IMG/VR virus record: IMGVR_UViG_3300012200_000062
Span: 1-24,308 of that record
From: a virus
Taxonomy: Duplodnaviria > Caudoviricetes
Strand: one strand, 5' to 3'
Length of the DNA: 24,308 nt
Each line of letters begins with the position of its first letter. Position 1 is the stretch's first letter. The translations under genes and the position numbers were made by a program. Of this stretch, positions 16,063-24,308 are shown one piece after another. A model generated the notes under the pieces. It was not told where the DNA came from. It saw only the letters and a list, made by a program, of their open reading frames with translations, and searched no databases.

Positions 16063-18861
16063 CTATCGAATCACGCGCCAATTGATGACCAAGGCGCTGA
16101 CGTTCTGCGCCGCCGCTGTGGGATTCGTTCTGACGAAATTCACGTTCCCTGCGGTGACATAAGCAAGCACATGGCAGAGATTGTCTCCGGCTGTCGGGGC
16201 GGTGGCGAAGCTCCATTCAATAGCATCGGTGGTAAGTGCGTTTGTCGCAGCCGTTGTGTTTACTGCTTGGGAAGTAACGGCTGCTAGAGCTGCATTGGCG
16301 GTTAGCGTCGTGGTGCCGCTGGCGATTAACTGCGGAGTCTGGAAAAACGTTCCGTTGTTATAGCTGCACTTTTGGGCGTTGCTCGTTGTGTTGTAATAGC
16401 AGGTATAAGTTCCTGCGAAGCCTGCAGGGTCGGCAGCCAATCCACTTCCTATGCTTACCGGCCCCGGCAGGTTGACAACTGCCGTGCTGCCACCACATCC
16501 GCTTTGCAAAGAGCCAGCCGAAGAATTCCCCGGCGGAATCAAAATTTGCAATCTAGCTGTTCCTCCGCCAATGCCACAGTTGAAAAAGTTATTTGGAGAA
16601 TTAATTTCTTGTGTCGAGCCATCCACGATTGTGCCGTTACTGGTCGCAGAATAAATCGTATTGGTGCTTTGCGTCGAGGACGAGAACGTGACGTTCTGGA
16701 AATGCGTTGCCACCGGGGTAAGGGTGGAATCTCCGACGATGGCCTCAGCGAGATTCCCGGTCGTACTGCCCCACTGCTCGAAATTTCCGAAGTACTCGAT
16801 GTTGTTTCCCTGCTCGATCATCTGCTGATAAAAGTGTCCAGTCGTCGATCCGCCTGTTGCCGATGCTGCGCCGCCTATGCAGTTGTACGTGTAGGTGTTG
16901 GAAGTCGCTGCTTGAACTAGGAAATTCCCGTTGTAGCAAGGTCCGTTGCTGAATCCGGTCTGAATGACATAGGTTCCGGCAAAAATCTTTTGAGCAGTAC
17001 CAGCCCCGGTTACGGTGATGATATTGCTGGCGTTCGCCGCCGTGAGCGATCCTGTCGTTACCTGATTGTTAGTTCCATTTCCTTCAATGTCATCCGCATG
17101 ATTGAGCAGCGCAGAATTTCCGCATTGTCCGGCAGGGCAACCGATGCCGTCTACCAGATGCCCGCCAACTGTGTTGGCTTGTAAGCGCCCGCCATATACG
17201 ACATTGTTTGCAGAACCTGAAGTAGTTCCTGGACCGCACGTTGGATTGATGCATCCAGTTTCCCGCAAGCCGATGTTGTTTGCCGCAAAAATTGGCGTAT
17301 CCCTGAAAACATCAATCGTGCCCTCGTCCAGTTCTCCGTTGCCATATGCGACATTACTGCTGTTCGTGAACAATGTGCAGTACGCCCCAAAAGTCTTGAC
17401 TGTGCTGACTTGGCGAAAGTGCAGGCAATTTCCCGCAGAAGCGTTTCCCACAACCTTAGCCCCGCGCATGTCCAGGAAAAAATTGTTATTATTAGCCGCT
17501 CCCGTTGCGAAGTATTGAAGCCAATCTGCGTTACCCGTCGCGTTAAAGTTGATTTGCGTGCCAGGCTCGATGAGGAGTCCAAGGGCGCTATTGTTCTTGA
17601 ATGGAATGGAAATGGTCGCGCCAGACGCCCCGACTACATAGCCAGTAGCGCCGGGCGTCGCTATGCGCACTCCGCAATAAGTCAAACCTGTACCTGCGCA
17701 AGCAGCAAAAGCAGCATTCGTCTGAGCATCTATATCGGCACCAGGAAACCAATTCGCGTACACATTACTGATTGTTCCCGTCACCGGCGAGAGCGAAACC
17801 GCGCCAGTGCCCACGTAAGTGAAAATCTGCACTGGCGGCGCCATGATCGGAGAATTGATGGTCAGCGTCACGCCGTTTGCGACGGAAATCATTCCACCGC
17901 TTTTTGACACCAACTGAATCCCAACCGGGATCACTGTATTGGTAGCGACCGTATAAGTGCCGGGATCAATCTCAATACTGCCAGGGTTAGCGGTGGCCGC
18001 TAATGCGGCGGCAAATGATTGATTTGCATTTACATGCTGCGTGCCTGAAAGCTGATTGAACGTCGCTGCCCCGCTGACGGTGAGGGAGCCGGAGAAAGTC
18101 ATCGGCCCACTGTAAACGCAAGTTGAACTCACACCACATGCTAAAGTAATAGCGTAGCTGTATGTAACAATATTAGCCCCGCCAACACTTATTATATAAG
18201 AACCTGGGGTAATCCAAAAGCCATAATTTCCGTTAAGATCAGCATTGAAGGGATTTGATAACGAGAGTGTCAAAGCAGAATCTGAGAATATGGAAGCTAA
18301 TCCGGTACAAGTGGAACCTGTTATAGGCAATACACTTCCATTACATACAGTAATAATAGCGCTCGGAATCGGCTGCATTACGGAACCGGATAAACCACTA
18401 GAACCTGCGGCGACTGTAGCCTTTAAAGCTATTTCTTGATGATGGACACCTTGAGCTTCGCTACGCTTTGCGAAAAAGCCTAGACTTATAAGGATACAAA
18501 TAACAAAGATACGAAGAACGGCACTAGCTACACTGGCGCGTAGTGTCAACTGTGTCTGCGTCGCAGCTACGCCTCCGGTATATACATCACACGCCCTGTC
18601 TTTTTGCATAATCCAATATCCCGATGGGATCCTCCCGAGATTATGATTCATAGTAAAATCTGTATTCGGCGCTACAGGAGCTACTACGTTTATCCAAGAA
18701 CCATTTATATTATCAAGATTTGCACCGTCTCCGAAGCCTATATTTCCGTTAAAGGCAGTAGTAAAATTCTGATAAACGGATCTAATCATTCTCACGAAGT
18801 TTTCAAGAGATTTCTTCGTAGGCTCTATAACAGCAAATTGAAGATTAGGAGCTATCTTCAT
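16063..18861 (-). CDS. Tailspike/receptor-binding-like protein with an internal hydrophobic signal-like segment
   Basis: 932 aa. SIFSD......SNPFNADLNGNYGFW resembles phage tailspike anchor domains; Asn/Gly/Thr-rich beta-helix-like body; lies next to the nozzle gene. Confidence 0.75.
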   Translation of the reverse strand: MKIAPNLQFAVIEPTKKSLENFVRMIRSVYQNFTTAFNGNIGFGDGANLDNINGSWINVVAPVAPNTDFTMNHNLGRIPSGYWIMQKDRACDVYTGGVAATQTQLTLRASVASAVLRIFVICILISLGFFAKRSEAQGVHHQEIALKATVAAGSSGLSGSVMQPIPSAIITVCNGSVLPITGSTCTGLASIFSDSALTLSLSNPFNADLNGNYGFWITPGSYIISVGGANIVTYSYAITLACGVSSTCVYSGPMTFSGSLTVSGAATFNQLSGTQHVNANQSFAAALAATANPGSIEIDPGTYTVATNTVIPVGIQLVSKSGGMISVANGVTLTINSPIMAPPVQIFTYVGTGAVSLSPVTGTISNVYANWFPGADIDAQTNAAFAACAGTGLTYCGVRIATPGATGYVVGASGATISIPFKNNSALGLLIEPGTQINFNATGNADWLQYFATGAANNNNFFLDMRGAKVVGNASAGNCLHFRQVSTVKTFGAYCTLFTNSSNVAYGNGELDEGTIDVFRDTPIFAANNIGLRETGCINPTCGPGTTSGSANNVVYGGRLQANTVGGHLVDGIGCPAGQCGNSALLNHADDIEGNGTNNQVTTGSLTAANASNIITVTGAGTAQKIFAGTYVIQTGFSNGPCYNGNFLVQAATSNTYTYNCIGGAASATGGSTTGHFYQQMIEQGNNIEYFGNFEQWGSTTGNLAEAIVGDSTLTPVATHFQNVTFSSSTQSTNTIYSATSNGTIVDGSTQEINSPNNFFNCGIGGGTARLQILIPPGNSSAGSLQSGCGGSTAVVNLPGPVSIGSGLAADPAGFAGTYTCYYNTTSNAQKCSYNNGTFFQTPQLIASGTTTLTANAALAAVTSQAVNTTAATNALTTDAIEWSFATAPTAGDNLCHVLAYVTAGNVNFVRTNPTAAAQNVSALVINWRVIR

Positions 18862-18862
18862 T

Positions 18863-20467
18863 TCATCCGTCTATTGTCCCGCCTCGTTGCTCTCCACTAA
18901 TATCACACATCGGACAAAATTCTATAACGGCCCCAGGCTGCCCAGCAGGTACGGAACATGTCCATGTAATACGAAGACCTTGTACATTGAAGCCAAGTAT
19001 TGTACTAATGGAATCTCCACTTCCATTCCCGAGTGTTATATTTTGTGTTTCAGAATATCCGCTATTATTAGAAACCGTTATCGTATAGGTAACGGATCCT
19101 TGATCGAAAACTACAAGTCTAAATTTTTTAACGGTATGTTTATGTCTTCTATCTCCGAAAACATGTTTACCCGATTTAATTTGGGCAGGTTGCTCCGAGT
19201 AATTCGTAAAATCCACGTAACCGACTCGACCGTTATCAAAGCCTAGAATTAATCCGTCCAATGAATTCGTACCCAAAGTGGAAAATGCCCAGGATTGATC
19301 TTGTATTCTACCAACGAGATCAATAATTCTAACACCAGTTGGATTAAAGAATTTACCCATTACAGTCTGATTACCTTGATATGTAAATCTAGTCCAATTA
19401 CCTTCGTCTAGATTAAAAACCCAAGTACTGACGTTAGGAATAATAAGCCAGTAAGCATTAAAAACCTGTCCCTTTATATTCTGTGTCACGTAGCCATAAG
19501 CATTGGCTGGGTTTCCAGAGATTAAATCATTAAAAATTCTAGAACGTGCTCCTAGTCTACGGCGTCCATCTATCGGAGCATCACCTATCGGAATAACGGA
19601 GCTTTGATTAAAGATATAAACGTTATCAAAGCCGACATAAACAGCACATTCAACACCGTCTTTATTGAAATGATCTAATGTTTTAGTAGCGAATTCTCCG
19701 ACGCTTGCGTTTGCTATTGTGGAGAAGAAGAACGGCGCTAAACCTATCCCCGTCGGCTGGATCTGAATAATTCCGTTGACATGCCATCCATATCCATACT
19801 GACCAAGTTTAAGAAGTCCTTGTCCAGGACCGAGATTATTAAGATTATCGTTAGCTCCAGAGGAGAACGAAGTCCAATCTGTAGGATCTCCGATTCCACT
19901 CCATCTATATCGTTGAGTAAACTGAACACCGCCTTCAAGATTATTCAGGGTCATTAAATGAAGACCTATTTCAGCTATGTGGTTAGTAGCCGGCGCAGTT
20001 GCTACCTGAGTGTAAGAAGCTGCTATACCATCCCATATAAAAATCTTATCGGCGCCTTGTGAGAAGCAGAGCTGATTGTTTAAAACATCCCAAGTAAAAA
20101 TCTGCGTAGCAGATCCGCTAAAAGCAGGCGGGCCGGTTATCTGAGTCCATGTCTGAGTACCTGGATTCCACTGAAACAAATTCGTAGAAGTCAAGACAGT
20201 TTGAATTCTAACACCGTTCTTGGTGTAGAAATCGGCTACGCCTAGGACAGGGCTCCCAGGATTTACAGGAAACGCAGGTAGAATAGCAAAGGAAGGACGG
20301 ACATAGGCTATGCCTTTTCTAAATAGAAAATTAGGAGAATCAGCAAATCCAAAAGTTTCTATCTGATCTAGTGGTAGCTCGGACTGGATACCTCCGAAAG
20401 GTCCGGTAATAGGAAACTCAGCATATTCTTCTGAGCGTAGCTGTTCACGTTGTTGAACGACTGGCAT
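18863..20467 (-). CDS. Tail nozzle (tail tubular B / P22 gp10-like) beta-propeller protein
   Basis: 534 aa of repeated beta strands; RYRWSGIGDPTDW, TWVFNLDEGNW and KHTVKKFRL patterns typical of podophage nozzles. Confidence 0.72.
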   Translation of the reverse strand: MPVVQQREQLRSEEYAEFPITGPFGGIQSELPLDQIETFGFADSPNFLFRKGIAYVRPSFAILPAFPVNPGSPVLGVADFYTKNGVRIQTVLTSTNLFQWNPGTQTWTQITGPPAFSGSATQIFTWDVLNNQLCFSQGADKIFIWDGIAASYTQVATAPATNHIAEIGLHLMTLNNLEGGVQFTQRYRWSGIGDPTDWTSFSSGANDNLNNLGPGQGLLKLGQYGYGWHVNGIIQIQPTGIGLAPFFFSTIANASVGEFATKTLDHFNKDGVECAVYVGFDNVYIFNQSSVIPIGDAPIDGRRRLGARSRIFNDLISGNPANAYGYVTQNIKGQVFNAYWLIIPNVSTWVFNLDEGNWTRFTYQGNQTVMGKFFNPTGVRIIDLVGRIQDQSWAFSTLGTNSLDGLILGFDNGRVGYVDFTNYSEQPAQIKSGKHVFGDRRHKHTVKKFRLVVFDQGSVTYTITVSNNSGYSETQNITLGNGSGDSISTILGFNVQGLRITWTCSVPAGQPGAVIEFCPMCDISGEQRGGTIDG

Positions 20468-21199
20468 TCACTTTCTCACACGAATGTGCATATAATCGGC
20501 TGTCGCAGTAATCGTAGTTGATCCGCTAAATGAATCTTGAACGGCGATAATAGCAGTTCCGTCAATAACTCCCAAGGTACTTCTTGTAACGACAGGTAGT
20601 GAGCCTGTATTCAAATTATTTTGAAGAAGAGAAGTAACACGAGGTACTGTCCCAGATGAAATAACCACTGTAGTCTTTGTACATACTGGACCGGCGTTAG
20701 CGGCCAAGCCTACGTTTAAAACTGTAGTTCCATTAATCTTTAGTACATAACCAGGAGAAGGTCCGGTTGCTCCTGCTATTGTAAAAGAAGTTTCGATTTC
20801 GATAAAAGAACTAACCAGACTTAAATTCTGAACAGCTCCTACAGGAATATTGATGGTCCTAATCGCTCCTGGAGCTACCGCTATGAATTGAACAGGGGCG
20901 TAATCATCATAATCAGAGGTTCCTCCAGCCACAGAGATTTGAACCCAAGCAGCACCATTCCACTGAAAAATCTGAGAGGTATCAGTAGCAATAAATATAA
21001 GACCGAACCCAGCCCCGCCCCACGTAGCATTTGCTATTTCAGGTGTCGGCCTATTCGCTAATGTCCCGCTCAGAAGCGACATTCTTTGCATTACATCAAC
21101 ACGGAGTTGACGTAGATTGGCACCGATTAGATTCGCTAACTCGGTGTCGAGTGGAAAAGTTTGATCCCATGAATTAGTAAATGTTGGCGGAAATGGCAT
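20468..21199 (-). CDS. Short tail fibre/spike-like protein
   Basis: N-terminal P.D.E....GANLRQLR helix, GTLANRP...FIATDTSQIFQWNGAAW fibre module, beta-rich C-terminal domain. Confidence 0.62.
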   Translation of the reverse strand: MPFPPTFTNSWDQTFPLDTELANLIGANLRQLRVDVMQRMSLLSGTLANRPTPEIANATWGGAGFGLIFIATDTSQIFQWNGAAWVQISVAGGTSDYDDYAPVQFIAVAPGAIRTINIPVGAVQNLSLVSSFIEIETSFTIAGATGPSPGYVLKINGTTVLNVGLAANAGPVCTKTTVVISSGTVPRVTSLLQNNLNTGSLPVVTRSTLGVIDGTAIIAVQDSFSGSTTITATADYMHIRVRK

Positions 21200-21212
21200 A
21201 TGTGTTCGTTAT

Positions 21213-22484
21213 CTAAACACTTGTTGTAAGAGACTTCTCTAAAGAACGATTTATTTGCCTAAATTCTTTTGTAAAAACTTCGTTCAAATCGGTTCTGTAT
21301 TGTTTATCTGGTAAACGTAGTTTATCACAGATTTTATACGCCTCTTCAAAGGCTTCGTCCATTGTAGAACCATGACCTACGACTACTCCGATAATACCCC
21401 ATCCCCCAGATGTAACTATTCTATCGCCTTCGAGACTAACCTCGTAAGGATAGAATTTATCGAGATTAGATTTAGATAATCCGCGGATTGGAAGACCTGG
21501 CTTGGAGTGAAAATCTTCGGACGGCCAGGGCGGGACCGAAATCCTAATACCCGCAGCGAAGCCATCTTTGAGCGGGAGTTCGGGAGAATCACCCCTACAG
21601 CAATCCGAGACGAAGGATCCAAAATCCCCGTCAAAAAGCCCATACAGAAGTGTCGGGAAAGCGTCATAGCCCATCCTAGGAGTAAACTCTAGTGCGTATA
21701 TATCGCCTTTTTTAGTCACTACTGTATTAATGTCAATGGGTCCCGTCCATTGAGTCTCCTTGAACATTCCGGACAATCTCGACAATGTTTCGCAAAAAGG
21801 ACATTCCCTATCGTCACAACGCCACACCACGTTACCAGTACATCCCCCGGACGGACCGAGATCCTCGTTGAGTAATTGCTTTCTTTCGAGTGTGTGATTG
21901 GTTGGATAAAGCATTTTACCTTTAGCGCACCAGACCTCGCTTGAGATACACGCGCCGTCAATGAATTCTTGTAAGGTGAATTCTGGCTCATTTCCGATTA
22001 ATCCTTTATAATGTTCCAGCATTTCAAAAAGTTCTTTATTATCATGTGGAACATAGCTCGGAATTACTCCGCTACTCTTCCCTTCGGGTTTGAAAACTAA
22101 CTTTGTATCTTCTGACCAATCCATAATAAACTGAAACGCAGTTTCCCAATCCGTAAATTCCTTAGAAAACGGTTCCTTAATACCGGCCTCTTCAAAAATC
22201 TCACTAGCGTATTTTCTATCCGACTCTAATCTATCAGCTACCCCAGAACCCGCAAAAGTACGACCCTCGTTCGCTCGAAAAGAATCAAGCAAAACTCCGC
22301 TACCAGTACAATCAGCCAGTAGAATAGAGTTAAATTCTGGCGCATTGATTTTATCGACTAAACCCTCTCCTCTTTGTTCAGCAATCGGATCCTTAATAAG
22401 CATCGAGACCTTATGACCTTCTTCTTTTAAACGAAGCGCCAGCCCCAGACCATCGCCTCCTTCGGAAATGATAATAAAACCCAT
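21213..22484 (-). CDS. PurD-like ATP-grasp ligase (divergent)
   Basis: RLESDRKYA..IF..AGI, LVFKPEG, LQEFIDG, ERKQLLNEDLGPSGGCTG, LEFTPRMGYD, QYRTDL. Start moved to ATG 22484 (MGFIIISEGG), 1 nt after the peptidase stop. Confidence 0.85.
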   Translation of the reverse strand: MGFIIISEGGDGLGLALRLKEEGHKVSMLIKDPIAEQRGEGLVDKINAPEFNSILLADCTGSGVLLDSFRANEGRTFAGSGVADRLESDRKYASEIFEEAGIKEPFSKEFTDWETAFQFIMDWSEDTKLVFKPEGKSSGVIPSYVPHDNKELFEMLEHYKGLIGNEPEFTLQEFIDGACISSEVWCAKGKMLYPTNHTLERKQLLNEDLGPSGGCTGNVVWRCDDRECPFCETLSRLSGMFKETQWTGPIDINTVVTKKGDIYALEFTPRMGYDAFPTLLYGLFDGDFGSFVSDCCRGDSPELPLKDGFAAGIRISVPPWPSEDFHSKPGLPIRGLSKSNLDKFYPYEVSLEGDRIVTSGGWGIIGVVVGHGSTMDEAFEEAYKICDKLRLPDKQYRTDLNEVFTKEFRQINRSLEKSLTTSV

Positions 22485-22485
22485 T

Positions 22486-22872
22486 CTAAATTCCGTGTAT
22501 ATACTGAAAGTGACCTGGATCAGGATTAGGGAAATGAACGCCACAATGGAGACCTAGACTTTCGCCTATCTTAATCAATGTGCCCCAGTGTGAATGACTA
22601 TTCTCGATAGTACCATTCCAGCCCCAGAACTTCATGGACATGCATATTCTAGGAACTATATCAATAGCTTCGCTTTTCATTTCCGGAGGCTGTGGTAAGT
22701 GCTTAGAATGAGTAGTCCAAGAAACTCCTAGTCTTAGTTTCTCGATCTGTTCCTCCATAGAACGCCCAGTATCCACGACAACAGGCTCTATGCCGGCAGC
22801 CGTAGCCTGCGAGAGAAGTTCCTCGACTAATGGCTGCATGTAAGAAGCAAGTTCGGATAGGTCTTTTCCCAT
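22486..22872 (-). CDS. M15-family zinc peptidase, probable endolysin
   Basis: GRS.EEQ, SKH...AIDIVP and DPGHFQ supply His/Asp/His ligands; catalytic domain only. Confidence 0.85.
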   Translation of the reverse strand: MGKDLSELASYMQPLVEELLSQATAAGIEPVVVDTGRSMEEQIEKLRLGVSWTTHSKHLPQPPEMKSEAIDIVPRICMSMKFWGWNGTIENSHSHWGTLIKIGESLGLHCGVHFPNPDPGHFQYIHGI

Positions 22873-22873
22873 G

Positions 22874-23443
22874 TTAGTTAATCGTCACTAAAACAGTACA
22901 GTTCACAGGTATTGATTGTAAAGTTAAGCCATCAGTCCAAAGAACTTTTCCTCTATTCTGAGCCTGAAAGCCCTCGGCAGTAGCTACTCCAATAAAGGTC
23001 CAAGTCGGGTTGCCGTTTCTATCAAGAAGTGATAGAGCCGTAGCACCTGGTACACCAGTAGCCAGAACAGATATATCTTCTGCACGAATCATCCACGGCC
23101 ACTGACATACTAAAACAGAGCCTCCGCCAGAGGCAGCTAAGATAGTATTAAAAGGAGATCCCTTAGTTGGACTAGAAATATTCGCCAACAACGCAGTTGT
23201 AGCGGTTGGAACGGCGATAACTTGATAAAGACCCTGAAAACGACCGTTGGTATCTCCGACATAGGTTATATACTGACCCGCGGAAAGACCATGAGCGCCC
23301 GTTGTAGTTAGTAAAACGGACGCCAGCCCAGGCTGTCCTAGAGTAGTTCCTTGCTGTATCATTCCGGTCGGAGACGCCGCAGCGGTAACTGCCGCTGGAA
23401 CATCAGTGGAGGTAAAAGACCAAGGATTCGATGCGAGATTCAT
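22874..23443 (-). CDS. Virion structural protein with a small beta-barrel (E1-FCCH-like) module
   Basis: TTTGAHGLSAGQYITYVG....FQGLYQVIAVPTATT module; beta-rich; AAGGA RBS. Confidence 0.6.
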   Translation of the reverse strand: MNLASNPWSFTSTDVPAAVTAAASPTGMIQQGTTLGQPGLASVLLTTTGAHGLSAGQYITYVGDTNGRFQGLYQVIAVPTATTALLANISSPTKGSPFNTILAASGGGSVLVCQWPWMIRAEDISVLATGVPGATALSLLDRNGNPTWTFIGVATAEGFQAQNRGKVLWTDGLTLQSIPVNCTVLVTIN

Positions 23444-23454
23444 ATTCTATGTCC

Positions 23455-23652
23455 TTATGAATTTCCTCTCTCATGATGCGAAGTAGGTATGTTTTGAACA
23501 GACGGAACAGCCGAGCCACCGCTCTTAGCGGCAGCTTGAATTGCATTCTGAGAATGAAAGTCACAAGCAACAAACGCCGTTCCGTAAACGTTGTTGTTAT
23601 TCCAAGTTCTGTTCGATGCACGGCCACATACAATGCAGAATTGGATTGCCAT
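23455..23652 (-). CDS. Small Zn-finger-like protein
   Basis: CIVC...CDFH (CxxC/CxxH); GGAGG RBS 6 nt before the ATG. Confidence 0.65.
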   Translation of the reverse strand: MAIQFCIVCGRASNRTWNNNNVYGTAFVACDFHSQNAIQAAAKSGGSAVPSVQNIPTSHHERGNS

Positions 23653-23665
23653 TTAAGCCTCCGAC

Positions 23666-24308
23666 TTAGTTATAATTATACTCTACTAAGCAGTCTAGTC
23701 CATAAAGCGAATACGTAGAAGTGGCTGCCGTTACCGAGGCTATTTCTATCCAAAGTTGCGAGTCGATTACGTTTCGATAAACCTGTTGATTCGCAGGGAG
23801 CGCCACGTTCGTAACATACGGATTCGCCTGTACCACTGTTTGTAGACCATTAGCCCCAGTAGCTAGAACTACAGTTGGAGCGATAGCTACGTTGTTTGAG
23901 AAATTGGTCTGATCTACTCTACAGGTATGACCAGTCAGGTTAGCCACGCCAATAACATAAATAACATCAAAGCTAAGGAGCTTTATGCCTTTTAGTTTCA
24001 ACGCCGTTCTCGGCGCTAACTGCTGTGCAGCAGACATAGCCGGAATAACATCAGGTCTGTAAACCTGCGACTGAGCCGATCCAGGGATACCAGTCCCTCC
24101 AAACTGCTCTTGTAAATCTTCACCGAAGCCAGAGCGCCTTAAAATAACGTTGGTAAGATTTATCGCATAGTTAGTTGTATTTGCACCGGCTACGTGATTA
24201 ATAGACCAATTCGCAACAGCGTTCCTAGTTCCAGAAACAGCAGTTACCTGGGCTATTGTGTCTACTAATATATCTCCTGGACCTACAAAAACTCGACCAT
24301 CTGTGAAA
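23666..24308 (-). CDS. Putative virion structural protein, 5'-truncated by the window edge
   Basis: The frame of track ORF 23666..24037 stays open for 90 more codons to the edge (FTDGRVFVGPGDILVD...RPDVIPA-MSAAQQ); beta-rich. Confidence 0.7.
   Translation of the reverse strand, partial: FTDGRVFVGPGDILVDTIAQVTAVSGTRNAVANWSINHVAGANTTNYAINLTNVILRRSGFGEDLQEQFGGTGIPGSAQSQVYRPDVIPAMSAAQQLAPRTALKLKGIKLLSFDVIYVIGVANLTGHTCRVDQTNFSNNVAIAPTVVLATGANGLQTVVQANPYVTNVALPANQQVYRNVIDSQLWIEIASVTAATSTYSLYGLDCLVEYNYN

Larger units (their letters stand above)
1..24308. mobile_element. Tailed bacteriophage genome segment (podovirus-like replication and tail/ejection modules)
   Basis: Overlapping or abutting ORFs (TAATG/ATGA couplings), phage-type PolA, HNH endonucleases, endolysin, nozzle/adaptor/ejection-like proteins. 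No tape-measure or sheath gene and no host housekeeping genes. Free phage versus prophage cannot be decided from this window. Confidence 0.93.

Noticed and set aside
16181-17907. Several + strand ORFs of 60-182 aa opposite the tailspike
   Set aside because: Antisense shadows favoured by the higher GC; no RBS or protein-like features.
21213-22544. True purD auxiliary gene, and the track start at 22544
   Set aside because: PurD substrate motifs are replaced. The longer start overlaps the peptidase gene, so the apparent hydrophobic N-terminus is an artefact.
22486-22872. Complete lysis cassette
   Set aside because: No holin or spanin gene is recognisable next to the peptidase in this window.
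1-24308. CRISPR array, tRNA/rRNA, integrase/att site, alternative genetic code
   Set aside because: Almost no non-coding space, no repeat-spacer pattern or cloverleaf seen, and genes read intact in the standard code with all three stops used.
1-24308. Apparent abundance of CTAG and 6-bp palindromes as evidence for modified DNA
   Set aside because: Impression only; needs observed/expected k-mer statistics that were not computed.

Overview
Densely packed fragment of a tailed dsDNA phage genome, probably podovirus-type, with two convergent modules meeting at about 8290-8620. The + strand module (23-8289) covers DNA metabolism: a ParB-like protein, an ABC-ATPase/GNAT fusion with an unusual double-coded insert, two HNH endonucleases, an SPO1-type UDG/3'-5' exonuclease/PolA polymerase split into two genes around an HNH + ASCH-like cassette, a DUF3987-like P-loop ATPase, a GroES co-chaperonin and small ORFs. 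The - strand module (24308 to 8292) is virion/lysis: structural proteins, an M15 peptidase, a PurD-like ATP-grasp enzyme, a short fibre, a nozzle, a 932-aa tailspike-like protein, an adaptor and ejection-type proteins. The most striking points are: (1) the tailspike has an internal signal-peptide-like segment followed by nine neighbouring Cys pairs, with a second signal-peptide relic just downstream; (2) a nested 237-codon ORF lies inside the acetyltransferase; (3) the polymerase is in pieces and has variant motifs; (4) an ATP-grasp ligase sits inside the tail operon. All family calls are by-eye motif recognition; no database searches were run.
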